DNA of 59,537 bases from Candidatus Limnocylindria bacterium (lineage in GTDB: Bacteria; Patescibacteriota; Saccharimonadia; Saccharimonadales; JAGQNK01), in contig DATHJH010000013.1 of the NCBI GenBank assembly GCA_035489815.1, positions 1-59,537 of the forward strand, in the 5' to 3' direction. Position 1 is the first letter of the stretch. Each line of letters starts with the position of its first letter. The notes beneath the pieces were generated by a model. The model worked only from the letters and a program-made list of their open reading frames with translations, did no database searches and had not been told where the DNA came from. A program made the translations under genes and the position numbers. This document shows, one piece after another, positions 36,951 through 46,387 of this stretch.

Positions 36951-37415
36951 ATGGGTAAGCTACGAGTAACCGCAGAACCGAACAGTCCGTTCATCACTAT
37001 GACGCGCGAATTCAACGCGCCAGCCGACAAGGTCTTCAAAGCCTACACCGACCCGGAGGTCGTCAAGATGTGGTTTGGCGGTCACAAGGCCGAGACAAAG
37101 GTTGAGACTTATGATGCCCGTCGCGGCGGCAGCTGGCGCATGGTCCAAAAAGGTGACGACGGTGAATACGCCTTCCGTGGCGTCTTCCACGAAGTCAAGC
37201 CAAACGATCACATCACCTGGACATTCGAATACGAGGGCGTTCCTGATCACGTCTGCCTGGAGACCATTTCCTTCACGGAAAAAGACGGCAAGACCCAGCT
37301 AAAGACCCAGTCCGTGTTTCAATCGGTTGAGGACCGTGACGGCATGGTGCAGTCCGGCATGGAAGAAGGTGCCAACGAAGGTATGGATATACTGGCGGAG
37401 CTGGTAGAAAACTAA
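36951..37415 (+). CDS. SRPBCC/Aha1-domain protein
   Basis: TREFNAP..VFKAYTDP, FQSVEDRDGMVQSGMEEG. Confidence 0.9.
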   Translation: MGKLRVTAEPNSPFITMTREFNAPADKVFKAYTDPEVVKMWFGGHKAETKVETYDARRGGSWRMVQKGDDGEYAFRGVFHEVKPNDHITWTFEYEGVPDHVCLETISFTEKDGKTQLKTQSVFQSVEDRDGMVQSGMEEGANEGMDILAELVEN

Positions 37416-37467
37416 TGTAAAAATGGCCGGGGGTGACCACCGCCTCCGGCCATCAGAAAAAACGACC

Positions 37468-38805
37468 ATGAAGACATTTTATAAAATCCTGACCAATACG
37501 CTTGTCGCGAGCGCGACTAACAACTTTTTGTGGTTTGCGGTCACATTCTGGGCGTACCTGGAAACACGATCCGTGTTAGCGACATCAATCATCGGCGGTT
37601 CGTTTATGCTGCTGTCGTCGCTGCTGGGGATGGCGTTTGGCACCTACGTGGACCATCACAAGAAAAAGTCAGCTATGATGCTGTCCAGCCTGGTGTCTTT
37701 GGCGGCCTTCTCGGCTGCCGGACTACTCTATTTGCTTGTGCCGCGCGCGGAGCTTTTGACGCTCAGCAGCCTGGAGTTTTGGGTGTTCGTGTTCCTTACG
37801 CTTATTGGTGGTGTCGTGGGGAGTATGCGGAGCATCGCTCTGTCAACTACGGTGACATTGCTGGTGCCGGAAGACCGGCACGACAAAGCAAATGGGCTGG
37901 TCGGCACGGTGAACGGTGTGTCGTTCGCGATTACTTCAGTCTTCAGCGGTCTGGCGGTTGGGTTGCTTGGCATGGGCTGGTCGCTGGCAATTTCTGTCGC
38001 CTTGACGCTTTTAGCCACGCTGCATCTCATGACAATCAAAATTCCTGAAAAACAGCCGGAGCACAGTGAAGAGGAGCCTAAGAAGCTTGATCTGAGAGGT
38101 ACGATTGCGGCTATTCGCGTTGTGCCAGGGTTGCTTGCGCTTATCTTCTTTGCGATGTTCAACAATTTTCTGGGCGGGGCGTTTATGTCAATCATGGATC
38201 CCTACGGCTTGAACCTTGTGTCAGTGGAAGCATGGGGTTTTCTGTGGGGCTTCGTCAGCCTTGGGTTTATCATTGGCGGGCTGGTCGTTGCCAAAAAAGG
38301 CCTCGGCAAAAATCCGCTCAAGACGTTGTTCCTGGCAAACATCGGTATGTGGAGTGTCTGTATTCTGTTCCCGGTACGATCGGTCATCGCGCCAGTCGCC
38401 ATCGGCATGTTCATATATATGTGTTTGATTCCTGTAGTTGAAGCTTCAGAGCAGACCATTATCCAGAAAGTTGTGCCGTATAAAAGGCAAGGACGGGTTT
38501 TCGGATTTGCACAGGCGGTAGAGATGGCTGCGACACCGATCACTGCTTTTCTCATCGGACCCATCGCACAGTTTTGGGTGATACCGTCTATGACGGACGG
38601 GTCGGCAGCTCGCGCAATTGGCAGCTGGTTCGGTACGGGTCCGGTCAGGGCAATGGCGTTGATTTTCATCATCGCCGGTCTGCTTGGACTTGTTATGACG
38701 CTCGTTGCTATGACCACGCGTGCGTACCACGTACTTTCCAAACAGTACACTGACGGCAACGTGCCCGCAGAACCATTGCCTGCAACCGTGACGCCAAAAG
38801 GGTAA
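37468..38805 (+). CDS. MFS transporter
   Basis: About 12 hydrophobic helices; G..VDHHKKK loop motif, QGRVFG. Confidence 0.9.
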   Translation: MKTFYKILTNTLVASATNNFLWFAVTFWAYLETRSVLATSIIGGSFMLLSSLLGMAFGTYVDHHKKKSAMMLSSLVSLAAFSAAGLLYLLVPRAELLTLSSLEFWVFVFLTLIGGVVGSMRSIALSTTVTLLVPEDRHDKANGLVGTVNGVSFAITSVFSGLAVGLLGMGWSLAISVALTLLATLHLMTIKIPEKQPEHSEEEPKKLDLRGTIAAIRVVPGLLALIFFAMFNNFLGGAFMSIMDPYGLNLVSVEAWGFLWGFVSLGFIIGGLVVAKKGLGKNPLKTLFLANIGMWSVCILFPVRSVIAPVAIGMFIYMCLIPVVEASEQTIIQKVVPYKRQGRVFGFAQAVEMAATPITAFLIGPIAQFWVIPSMTDGSAARAIGSWFGTGPVRAMALIFIIAGLLGLVMTLVAMTTRAYHVLSKQYTDGNVPAEPLPATVTPKG

Positions 38806-38991
38806 AGTCATTGAATAAAGATGTCAACGCTTTTGTAAAAACCAGAGTCTTGCTGGAATACCAGCTCTGGGTGCGAAAAGTGAGGGTGGAGTAGAAAAAA
38901 GTATTGCAGAGTATAAAATAAGTGTTATAATATATTCAGGTTATGAAGGCTTAGTAAAGGCCTATTTTTGTGTCTAGCTTTTAAGGTAACT

Positions 38992-40107
38992 ATGGAAACA
39001 GCCAGGAATGTGACTATCATAGGCGGTGGCGGCGGGGTGTCGGTCATAACTCCGGCGTTTGCTGCATTGAGCTCGCCAGGCAAAACTACTGCTGTGGCGG
39101 CCGAGAGCGACAGCGGTGGCTCCAGCGGTGAGTGGGTCGAGCTTATGAAAAAGGAACGACCGGATGCGGCAGCCCTTCCGCCTGGCGACTGCCGGCGAAT
39201 TATAGCTAGCGTGGCGGCTTCTCAACGGATTGGCGAAGCCCTTAATTATCGTTTTGGGCCCAAAAGTCTGAACGAGGCTGTAACAGACCTTACCGAAGCC
39301 ATTGGCGACGTAGGGCTTGCTCTGAATACCTCTGTCATTGATGCTGTATACGAAGCAAACGATATGCTTGAGGGTGCGCTGCAACGGCATCCTCTTGGAA
39401 ACTTAGTCCTGGGTAGGCTGGCCATGGAGGAGGGTTTTAGTTCTGCGGTGCAGACCGTCAGCGAACTGGTGGGCGCGAGGGCGCGAGTCTTGCCGGTTAC
39501 CGTTACGCCTCATGCGCTTGTTGCTGACACCGGGACTCACCGGCTTGTAGGCGAGCATATTATAGATAAGGCTGCGGTAGATTGGCTTGCTGCAGACATA
39601 CACTTCTCTTCGGCCGTGGACCTTGGGCCGGGGGTTAGGTCAGCGGTAGCGTCTGCTGACCTCGTAGTTGTTCCGCCAGGCAGCATGGATACCTCCATTG
39701 CAGCAGCCTTGCGGGTGCGCGGCATGGCCGAAGAACTACAGCATCAAAAAGAGGCTGGCGGGAAGTTTATAGCAGTTACCAATCTTGTCACGCCAGTTAA
39801 GGACAACTATGCACGGGATGTAGCGGATCACGTGATGGCCATACAAAGATGGTCGGGCAGAGAACTGGACGGTGTCATCTATAACAATGCTTTTGACAAG
39901 TTACCGGACCCTGCGCGTGCTGTGCCTGTTGACGTAGCCCGCCTGTTGGAACTGGGCGTATTGGCGGTAGGTGCTGACCTTGTGGGCAGGATAGTTCCTA
40001 AAAAGCCGGATGATTCCCTGGCGCGTGCCGAGGTGGAGCACAATGCATCTGTAGTCGCAGAGTTGGCGTACCAGCACTTTTTGTCCCGCCAGCTTGTCCC
40101 CGCGTAG
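38992..40107 (+). CDS. Divergent YvcK/UPF0052-family protein
   Basis: IIGGGGG, DSGGSSG, LPPGD, NYRF, HPLGNL, PGS..TSI match the YvcK pattern with substitutions. Confidence 0.8.
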   Translation: METARNVTIIGGGGGVSVITPAFAALSSPGKTTAVAAESDSGGSSGEWVELMKKERPDAAALPPGDCRRIIASVAASQRIGEALNYRFGPKSLNEAVTDLTEAIGDVGLALNTSVIDAVYEANDMLEGALQRHPLGNLVLGRLAMEEGFSSAVQTVSELVGARARVLPVTVTPHALVADTGTHRLVGEHIIDKAAVDWLAADIHFSSAVDLGPGVRSAVASADLVVVPPGSMDTSIAAALRVRGMAEELQHQKEAGGKFIAVTNLVTPVKDNYARDVADHVMAIQRWSGRELDGVIYNNAFDKLPDPARAVPVDVARLLELGVLAVGADLVGRIVPKKPDDSLARAEVEHNASVVAELAYQHFLSRQLVPA

Positions 40108-40110
40108 GAA

Positions 40111-40275
40111 ACCTGAATCTCAAAACCTCCAATCCTGTCATACCGGGCTAGACCCGGGTATCCAGTCAATAAAGAAAGTTAATTTATATCTACTGGATCC
40201 CCAGTCAAGCCTGCCCTCGACTCCGATCGGGGGCTGGGGATGACAGGGGAGGGGTTGGGGTTTTGAGGGTCAGGT
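40111..40275. mobile_element. Family R2 element (reverse orientation)
   Basis: ACCTGAATCTCAAAACC ... GGTTTTGAGGGTCAGGT; REP pair with a nested insert; starts 3 nt after the stop codon. Confidence 0.85.
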
Positions 40276-40356
40276 ACGCAAAACCTTGACTTTGCAGGTG
40301 GATGCTATTAAATAGGATTAAACTGACAAATGACAAACAAAAAAGGTAGTTTTCTT

Positions 40357-41637
40357 ATGAATCCACGGCAAAACACACGCGCAAACAACAACGGTCAAGG
40401 GGCCGAGCCTCAGGAGCCGCAGGTCATAGGCCCGCAACAGTCCCCGCCGCCTTCACTTGCTTCCGGGCCATTTGTGAGCCCCTCTGGTGACGTTTCGCTG
40501 CCAACAACTCCAACAACTCCGGGAACTCCTGTTCAGTACCCTTCGCCTGCGCCGCCCGTTACGGGAAGGAAAAAGCGGCCTGGAAAGAAGGTGCTGGCAT
40601 TGGTAGCGGCACTGCTGGTTGTGGGCCTGGGTGGCGGTGTCTTTGCCTACGTGACCATTATGAACAATTCGCCTGAGAAGATCCTGGCTGATGCACTCAC
40701 CCACACCATGACAGACCTGCTGGACAGAAAACCTTCCCGCCTGGCGGGGAAACTCACGTTTACCTCAAAGGAGGCCGATGCTGGCTATTCAGTGGTCGTA
40801 GATTTTGACTCTAAGCAGGTTGGCGGCAACGGCCAATTTGGCGCCACTGTGCAGGTGAAGGTTGGGCAGGTGCTGGACGTGTCCGTGACCGGAAAGGCTA
40901 TCAGCCAGGGGTCGGAGGCTGCTTATATAAAGCTTGATAACGTACAGAAAACACTTGACCAAGTCGTTGCCGGGAATCCGCAAGCGGCCGCATCGGCAAC
41001 CATGGTCAAGCCGCTTATCCAAAAAATAGACGGCCAGTGGATAAAGATCGAAGAAAAAGATTTAGCCGAATACGGCCTGGGCGAATCAAAAGAGACTGTA
41101 GATGCGTGTGGAGGGGCACTGGAAAAGCTGCGCATTTCCGAAACCGATCAAAAGCAGGTGAAGGAAATCTTTCTTGCTAATCAATTTGCCATTGCCAAAG
41201 AGGAACTGCCAGGAGAGGCCGTGGATGGCGACAAAAGCTACCACTACAAACTGGACCTGAATGAGGAAGCCGGCCTGCATTTTGCCAAAGACTTCATGGA
41301 ATTGGAATCGTTTTCCGCGGTAAAAGAAGCCTGCAAGCTCAAGCAAGAGGATATAGACCAGAGTCTGGAGGACTTAAAAAAGCAGAAGGACGAAGAGGTA
41401 GAGGCAGAACCGGTCTTTGAACTGTGGGTTAGCCAAAAATCCCGCCGCCCAACAAAGTTAAAAGTAACCCTGGATGATAAAGAATTTTCGATGGAAAACG
41501 TTGCCACCATCAAGCTTGATGCTCCGGATCTTACCATTGAAATACCGGGTAAGTTTACAACTTTGCAGGAACTTACGACTGAAATTGAGAAGCTGCCAAA
41601 AAGCGGCCAGGCATTAGGCTGGAGCGCCTGGCGCTAA
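40357..41637 (+). CDS. Membrane-anchored exported protein with Pro-rich cytoplasmic N-terminus
   Basis: Pro-rich N-terminus, TM VLALVAALLVVGLGGGVFAYV; its stop TAA is the left TSD of MITE G. Confidence 0.75.
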   Translation: MNPRQNTRANNNGQGAEPQEPQVIGPQQSPPPSLASGPFVSPSGDVSLPTTPTTPGTPVQYPSPAPPVTGRKKRPGKKVLALVAALLVVGLGGGVFAYVTIMNNSPEKILADALTHTMTDLLDRKPSRLAGKLTFTSKEADAGYSVVVDFDSKQVGGNGQFGATVQVKVGQVLDVSVTGKAISQGSEAAYIKLDNVQKTLDQVVAGNPQAAASATMVKPLIQKIDGQWIKIEEKDLAEYGLGESKETVDACGGALEKLRISETDQKQVKEIFLANQFAIAKEELPGEAVDGDKSYHYKLDLNEEAGLHFAKDFMELESFSAVKEACKLKQEDIDQSLEDLKKQKDEEVEAEPVFELWVSQKSRRPTKLKVTLDDKEFSMENVATIKLDAPDLTIEIPGKFTTLQELTTEIEKLPKSGQALGWSAWR

Positions 41638-41811
41638 GAACCCATCCAGGATCTCGCTCCCGATGCCAAAATTGCTCCCTTCTTGTATGAAAAGCGAGTC
41701 CCAATTCGTTCTGGTTTGTCTGGCGTACCCGTGGGTACGGCAGACGGATCAGGGCGGATTGGGGCCGGAATGGGCGGTTTTGGGCCGGGATTGGAGATTT
41801 TGGATGGGTTC
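41638..41811. mobile_element. GAACC-MITE copy G (subtype 3)
   Basis: 174 bp, TAA on both sides; followed by a further GAACCTATCC end remnant at 41815. Confidence 0.93.
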
Positions 41812-41845
41812 TAAGAACCTATCCCAAGGAGAGAGTGTTCAGGGG

Positions 41846-42364
41846 CTAGGCGTTGGGTATGCCAAGCCTCAAGACACTTCCGTTTGCCCCGGCGTAGGTC
41901 TCTGCTATAGCCCGGGCGGAACCAAGGGCGAGTCTTCTTTGTGAATTATAGACACCATAGGGAACACCAGGCTGAGCTTCAAATTCTGAAGGTAAAATAG
42001 GCGGTGGCTCAACACTAAATTTGCTGGTCCCGACACCAGGCTCAACGGTCTGACTGAGCCCCATCCAATAGGTAAGGGCTGCGTGACAGTCAAATCGATT
42101 AACCTCCGTAGTTGGCTGGCCAGTGTATTTTTCTGAACAGAACTCAAGCAGCCGCCTTGCTACTGGTGCGGTCAGGGTTGTGGTAAGCTGCTGAGGCTGT
42201 CCAGCTTCTTCTGTAGGTACAAACTCAACCGTGCCCCCATCGTCAGTAGTTATAGCTGTGACGATATCCAGGTGCAGCGAAGTGGGCTTGGCTGCACCTT
42301 TTGGGAGGAGTTCCCCTGGTACTCTTTTAGTAGTGAAGGTGACTTCACTGAAACTATCAGACAT
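41846..42364 (-). CDS. Hypothetical protein (orphan)
   Basis: 172-aa ORF; no recognised motif. Confidence 0.5.
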   Translation of the reverse strand: MSDSFSEVTFTTKRVPGELLPKGAAKPTSLHLDIVTAITTDDGGTVEFVPTEEAGQPQQLTTTLTAPVARRLLEFCSEKYTGQPTTEVNRFDCHAALTYWMGLSQTVEPGVGTSKFSVEPPPILPSEFEAQPGVPYGVYNSQRRLALGSARAIAETYAGANGSVLRLGIPNA

Positions 42365-42461
42365 AAGACTTATATTCTATACTAACGAGTCAGAATTTTA
42401 GAATACAAAATCTCATTTTTAAGTATAATAATCAAAAAAGTAAGGAAGGGAGTGCCAAGCC

Positions 42462-42728
42462 ATGTGTCGAAATATTAAAACGTTATTCAATTTTGACCCG
42501 CCTGCTACAGATGAAGAGATCCAGGATGCGGCACTGCAATTTGTGCGCAAGCTTTCCGGCTTTCACCATCCATCCGTGGCTAATGATGCGGCATTTCAAA
42601 AGGCGGTCGATGAAACCGCCATTGTTGCCCGCAAGCTGCTGGACTCGCTGGTAACCAACGCCGAACCGCATAATCGTGAAGAAGAAGCCGCAAAAGCTCA
42701 CGCCCGTGCCCTAAAAAGGTTTGGGTAG
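42462..42728 (+). CDS. DUF2277-family protein
   Basis: MCRNIKTLFNFDPPATDEEIQDAALQFVRKLSG. Confidence 0.9.
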   Translation: MCRNIKTLFNFDPPATDEEIQDAALQFVRKLSGFHHPSVANDAAFQKAVDETAIVARKLLDSLVTNAEPHNREEEAAKAHARALKRFG

Positions 42729-42810
42729 GGTAACTCCCCCCTCCTTTACTAAATATGCCCCGCTCATGGAGAGCAGGGCATATCAAAATCAGAATGTATA
42801 CCAATGGCCG

Positions 42811-43224
42811 CTAAAGCTCTTGGCAGTACCATACATTCCACTCACGGCAATCTTTTTTGATGGCCTTCCAGGTGTTGCTCCCGACCATGCCGTCTGTGGC
42901 AATCACATTGCCTTTCAAAACCTGGTTAAACTGGTAGGCAACCACCGCTTGCTTGGTCTGGGTGTAGAAATCTCCGTCAACAGCAACAAATGGCCAGCCA
43001 GGGTGTTGCTGCCAGCCAATATAGCGGACATGCGCTATATTCATCATGTCTTGCGCCATTTTTGTACAAGATACTTCGTCCTTGCGGGTTTTCACGCTCA
43101 GTACTTTTGTACTGCACGTATCTATTGGGGTCGATGCTGCTGACGCTTGGCCAGCAAATATGCTGGTGCCCAGCGACACAGTGACCGCTAAGACCAGTAA
43201 GCCTTTAAGTAGATTTTTTATCAT
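42811..43224 (-). CDS. Secreted protein with peptidoglycan-binding domain
   Basis: Signal peptide; VDGDF..QTKQAV.AYQ and TDGMVGSNTWKAI (PG_binding_1 pattern). Confidence 0.8.
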   Translation of the reverse strand: MIKNLLKGLLVLAVTVSLGTSIFAGQASAASTPIDTCSTKVLSVKTRKDEVSCTKMAQDMMNIAHVRYIGWQQHPGWPFVAVDGDFYTQTKQAVVAYQFNQVLKGNVIATDGMVGSNTWKAIKKDCREWNVWYCQEL

Positions 43225-43487
43225 GGGATCCTCCGGTTATTTATTTAACACAGTATTATTAGCACTACCGTTGTAACTGGAATGCTAGAATTCACACAGA
43301 GCCCACCTCATACCTCCATCCCGCCCGGTTTTCCGGTCAGAAGCCGCCCATTCTGGCGTCAATTCGCCCCAACTTCCCCGCCGCACCTATGGGTACGCTC
43401 ACTGGATAAAAGGTGGAACCAGATGTATCCCTACTTGTTGCGTTTGCGGCGAAAACTAGAGCAAATCAGCGCTGGAGTTGAGTAGCC

Positions 43488-43829
43488 CTACAGCGCTAAA
43501 ACTAATCGCATGCCTTCGTCGATTTGTTGCATCGCTGTATGATCGATCCAACCGATCTTTTCTGCCAGAAACTGTTTGTCTATGGTAATAACTTGTGAGA
43601 CATTCGCTACTGACTCCCGACTTAAGCCTGCCTTCTCTCCCGTTAATTTTACATTCCCGGGAGCTGTAGCCAGGCGGAGGTTTGAAGTAACGGCGACCAC
43701 AACTATGGTACTGATGCGGCTCTTATTAAAGGTATCGGCCTGCACAATCACCACTGGTCGTCTGTAGCCCGGCTCAGAGGCTACTGGTTCTGACAGCTCA
43801 GCCCACCAAACTTCCCCTCGCTTCACCAT
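43488..43829 (-). CDS. mazF: MazF/PemK-family endoribonuclease toxin
   Basis: MVKRGEVWW, SEPGYRRPVVIVQ, SRESVANVSQVITIDK. Confidence 0.95.
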   Translation of the reverse strand: MVKRGEVWWAELSEPVASEPGYRRPVVIVQADTFNKSRISTIVVVAVTSNLRLATAPGNVKLTGEKAGLSRESVANVSQVITIDKQFLAEKIGWIDHTAMQQIDEGMRLVLAL

Positions 43830-44059
43830 TTATCCTTGAGCAAGGATTGACGTTGTAGCTTTTGAAGTGTTGGATCAAGAGAAGAGTCTTCCGTGCCGTA
43901 GACTTCATTCAATTTCTTGGTGACATTGTCGCCATTTTGTCTTTCCATATAGCTTTTAAGAGCTTGAGTATATAGCTGGCTACGTGATTTACCAAGCTGG
44001 CTTGCCAGCTTTTCGGCTGACTCAAAAACTTTATCGGGAATGGATATAGCTGTCTTCAT
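43823..44059 (-). CDS. Ribbon-helix-helix antitoxin
   Basis: MKTAISIPD..FESAEKLA..LGKSRSQLY; overlaps the toxin start. Confidence 0.9.
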   Translation of the reverse strand: MKTAISIPDKVFESAEKLASQLGKSRSQLYTQALKSYMERQNGDNVTKKLNEVYGTEDSSLDPTLQKLQRQSLLKDKW

Positions 44060-44066
44060 ATCTAAA

Positions 44067-44096
44067 AGTATAACTTTTGTTATACTGTCGAGTCAA
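44067..44096 (-). promoter_or_regulatory. TA promoter with overlapping operator
   Basis: TTGACT-18 nt-TATACT, 7 nt before ATG; palindrome AGTATAAC-TTTT-GTTATACT at 44067-44086. Confidence 0.75.
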
Positions 44097-44150
44097 TCCC
44101 TGCCGCAAGCCGAATGATACAGCATTGTTGTAGAAGTTAGAGCCAGTTTT

Positions 44151-44546
44151 CTAGTTCAATTTTCGAGGCCACATGTATAAACGCCAATATGTTTTTAGCC
44201 TAGAGCTATCCAGGCTATGAACTAAAATGGCAAAGAAACCAGCCGGATCGTGCAAAACAGTATGCAGATTAGCGCGTATTTCCTTGCCATACCTACCAAG
44301 CCAATGATGACCATCTTCTACATGGTAAGCTTCATGCTGCAGTAAGGCTCTCTCAACTCTTTTTGGAAGATTCTCACGTAAATAAATCCTTCCTTTATAG
44401 ACGTAGCCAAACAAACTAAAGTCAGCTTCTCTAAGTTTTGAATCATTTATATAGTGAACTTGGTATCTTTTGCCATTAATGGTACGAGGTACTGTTCGAA
44501 TTGTTTCTGTACTTTCAATAATTTTGCCTAAATAAGAAGTGGCCAT
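44151..44546 (-). CDS. Hypothetical protein with HExxH motif
   Basis: LLQHEAYHVE; AT-rich; TATAAT 6 nt before ATG. Confidence 0.7.
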   Translation of the reverse strand: MATSYLGKIIESTETIRTVPRTINGKRYQVHYINDSKLREADFSLFGYVYKGRIYLRENLPKRVERALLQHEAYHVEDGHHWLGRYGKEIRANLHTVLHDPAGFFAILVHSLDSSRLKTYWRLYMWPRKLN

Positions 44547-44819
44547 ACGATAATTATAGACCAATGAGTGTGGCACGTTCTGGAAACTGGGGCGGATAAA
44601 AGAAAATGGATCGATTTTGGCACCCGGGGAGCGAGATATGAAATGGGCTCATAGAAAATTTCTTTGGAGGTTGCCGCAACCACAGTAGAAATTCTAAGTT
44701 GTAAGTAATTCAGGCAAGGCAGGCGATAGCAGCCGACATATGCAACCGTTCATACTGCAGTATTTGTATAATGGCTATATACTGGTAACATAATCTGCGT
44801 TTCAAGGAGAGGAGGTACT

Positions 44820-45326
44820 ATGCGTTTGTATCAGGCAAGAGCTCTGCCAGGTGAGGGAGGGAGTTTAGAAGTATCAGGCCATCAGCTTTTGCAGCCCGGG
44901 AGGCTGCGCGACCAACTGACTGAGGTGCGATGGGACGAGCAGGAGCACACGGATTATCACATCAGAAAAGCCCATTTCGAAGGTGGAATAGCAACCCTTC
45001 TGGTTGAGGACCACGGTGCGAAAGCCGGACTCCTCCTGGAGCCCAGCGGCTTACGGGAAGATACTATCCGCAGCATGGGGCCGTTAGTGGTGAGGACCGT
45101 AGGCACCGCTGAAGGGGGTCAGGAGCCGGACATCAGCCTGGCTCCGCTCAGCGGGACACTGGAACTTGTTGAAGGGCTGGAGGTAACCATTGGGAACGAA
45201 TACTTACCCACGGATCAGGTGTCACCTGGCCCGATTAATACTGCGGGCTGGGAACTGGACCCAGAGAGGCTCTTCAGGGTGATTGTAGTTGGACGTGATC
45301 CTAGAATGCCAAACGTCCAGACTTGA
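44820..45326 (+). CDS. Hypothetical protein (orphan)
   Basis: 168-aa ORF with GGAGG RBS. Confidence 0.6.
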   Translation: MRLYQARALPGEGGSLEVSGHQLLQPGRLRDQLTEVRWDEQEHTDYHIRKAHFEGGIATLLVEDHGAKAGLLLEPSGLREDTIRSMGPLVVRTVGTAEGGQEPDISLAPLSGTLELVEGLEVTIGNEYLPTDQVSPGPINTAGWELDPERLFRVIVVGRDPRMPNVQT

Positions 45327-45329
45327 TGT

Positions 45330-45493
45330 ACCTGACCCTCAAAACCCCACTCTCTCCACTGTCATTCCCTGACCCCCGATCGGGGTCGAGGGCAGGCTTG
45401 ATCAGGGAATCCAGTAGATACAATTAATTTCTTTATTGACTGGATACCGGGTCAAGCCCGGTATGACGGGATTGGAGGTTTTGAGACTTGGGT
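45330..45493. mobile_element. Family R2 element
   Basis: ACCTGACCCTCAAAACC ... GGTTTTGAGACTTGGGT; REP pair with a nested insert; starts 3 nt after the stop codon. Confidence 0.85.
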
Positions 45494-45531
45494 AATGTAG
45501 CTATATTTCTGCTGAAAGGTTTATTGCCACC

Positions 45532-45978
45532 CTACTCCATGTGTGCGAGCGTTTCCATAACGGAAAGGTATCCCCGCATGGCAGCATCAGAAGTTTTGCC
45601 CAGCCATGTTTCGTCCTGCTTGAGCAGTTCGGTCTCGACGGCTGTGCAGACGGCTGTGCCTTTCTTAGTGGTGGTGATGATTCGCGCACGGCGGTCAGTT
45701 TTGTCTGTAACCCAACGGACCAGTTCCTTGGCCTCTAATCTACGCAGGATGCCGGTAATATAAGTAGACTGCACATCCAGCATGGTGGCAATGTCGCCCA
45801 CACGCACTCCGCCCTTGCGGGTCTGGCTGCGGACATATCCCAGCACATACCACTCCGATGCCGACAGTCCGTATCCTTTCAGGATACCTTCCCTAAATTC
45901 TAAAATGTTCCGGGCTGCCCGGCTTTGAATAATTCCTATTTTGTACAGGGGCATGTCTTGATATATGTTCCTAGTCAT
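45532..45978 (-). CDS. MarR-family regulator
   Basis: YGLSASEWYVL, ITGILRRLEAKELV...DRRARIITTTKKG. Confidence 0.85.
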   Translation of the reverse strand: MTRNIYQDMPLYKIGIIQSRAARNILEFREGILKGYGLSASEWYVLGYVRSQTRKGGVRVGDIATMLDVQSTYITGILRRLEAKELVRWVTDKTDRRARIITTTKKGTAVCTAVETELLKQDETWLGKTSDAAMRGYLSVMETLAHME

Positions 45979-46174
45979 TTTCGTATCATCCTCTCTGATT
46001 TCGAATTATCACTATACCACTACTTGCCTATATATCCAAATATATAATGACCAAAAGCGGAATTTTTAGCTTTTACTCTGGAATATACATAACAACCAGC
46101 ACAAAAACTATCCCATTCATTTGTATGCAGATATGAGTAAGCGGCACCAAATGACGCCATGGGTCCATATAAGC

Positions 46175-46345
46175 AAAAAAAAGGGGGCGCCTGGAATCTG
46201 ACCCGCATTTTCCGATACCTGCTTGCGGGGTCCGGTCTTATGCAAATCCTCTGGACGCCAGAGTACTCATCGCAGGTAGCTGCTGTGGAAAACAGGCGTC
46301 CGGCATGACAGAAAAATACGTGAGTCAGACCTGGAAGTCTGCCCC
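46175..46345 (-). ncRNA. Candidate structured RNA (about 170 nt)
   Basis: Long closing stem (GGGGC/GCCCC, UCUGACU/GGUCAGA, CGUAUUUUUC/GGAAAAUGCG), inner UACCUGC/GCAGGUA, 3' U8 tract; G-U pairs work only on the minus strand. Confidence 0.5.
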
Positions 46346-46387
46346 AAAAACTCCGAAGCAGCCTTGGTTTGTGCCTTCTTATACGGC

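Larger units (their letters stand above)
43299..44650. mobile_element. Split GAACC-MITE (subtype 3) enclosing mazEF and one further gene
   Basis: Arms 43299-43412 and 44603-44650 each match subtype 3; ends GAGCCCACCTCATA / TATGAAATGGGCTC; GGATAAAAG at both junctions. Confidence 0.7.

Noticed and set aside
46175-46345. tmRNA or cobalamin riboswitch
   Set aside because: It starts GGGGC but is too short, with no T-loop/CCA end or tag frame; only fragmentary similarity to cobalamin motifs.
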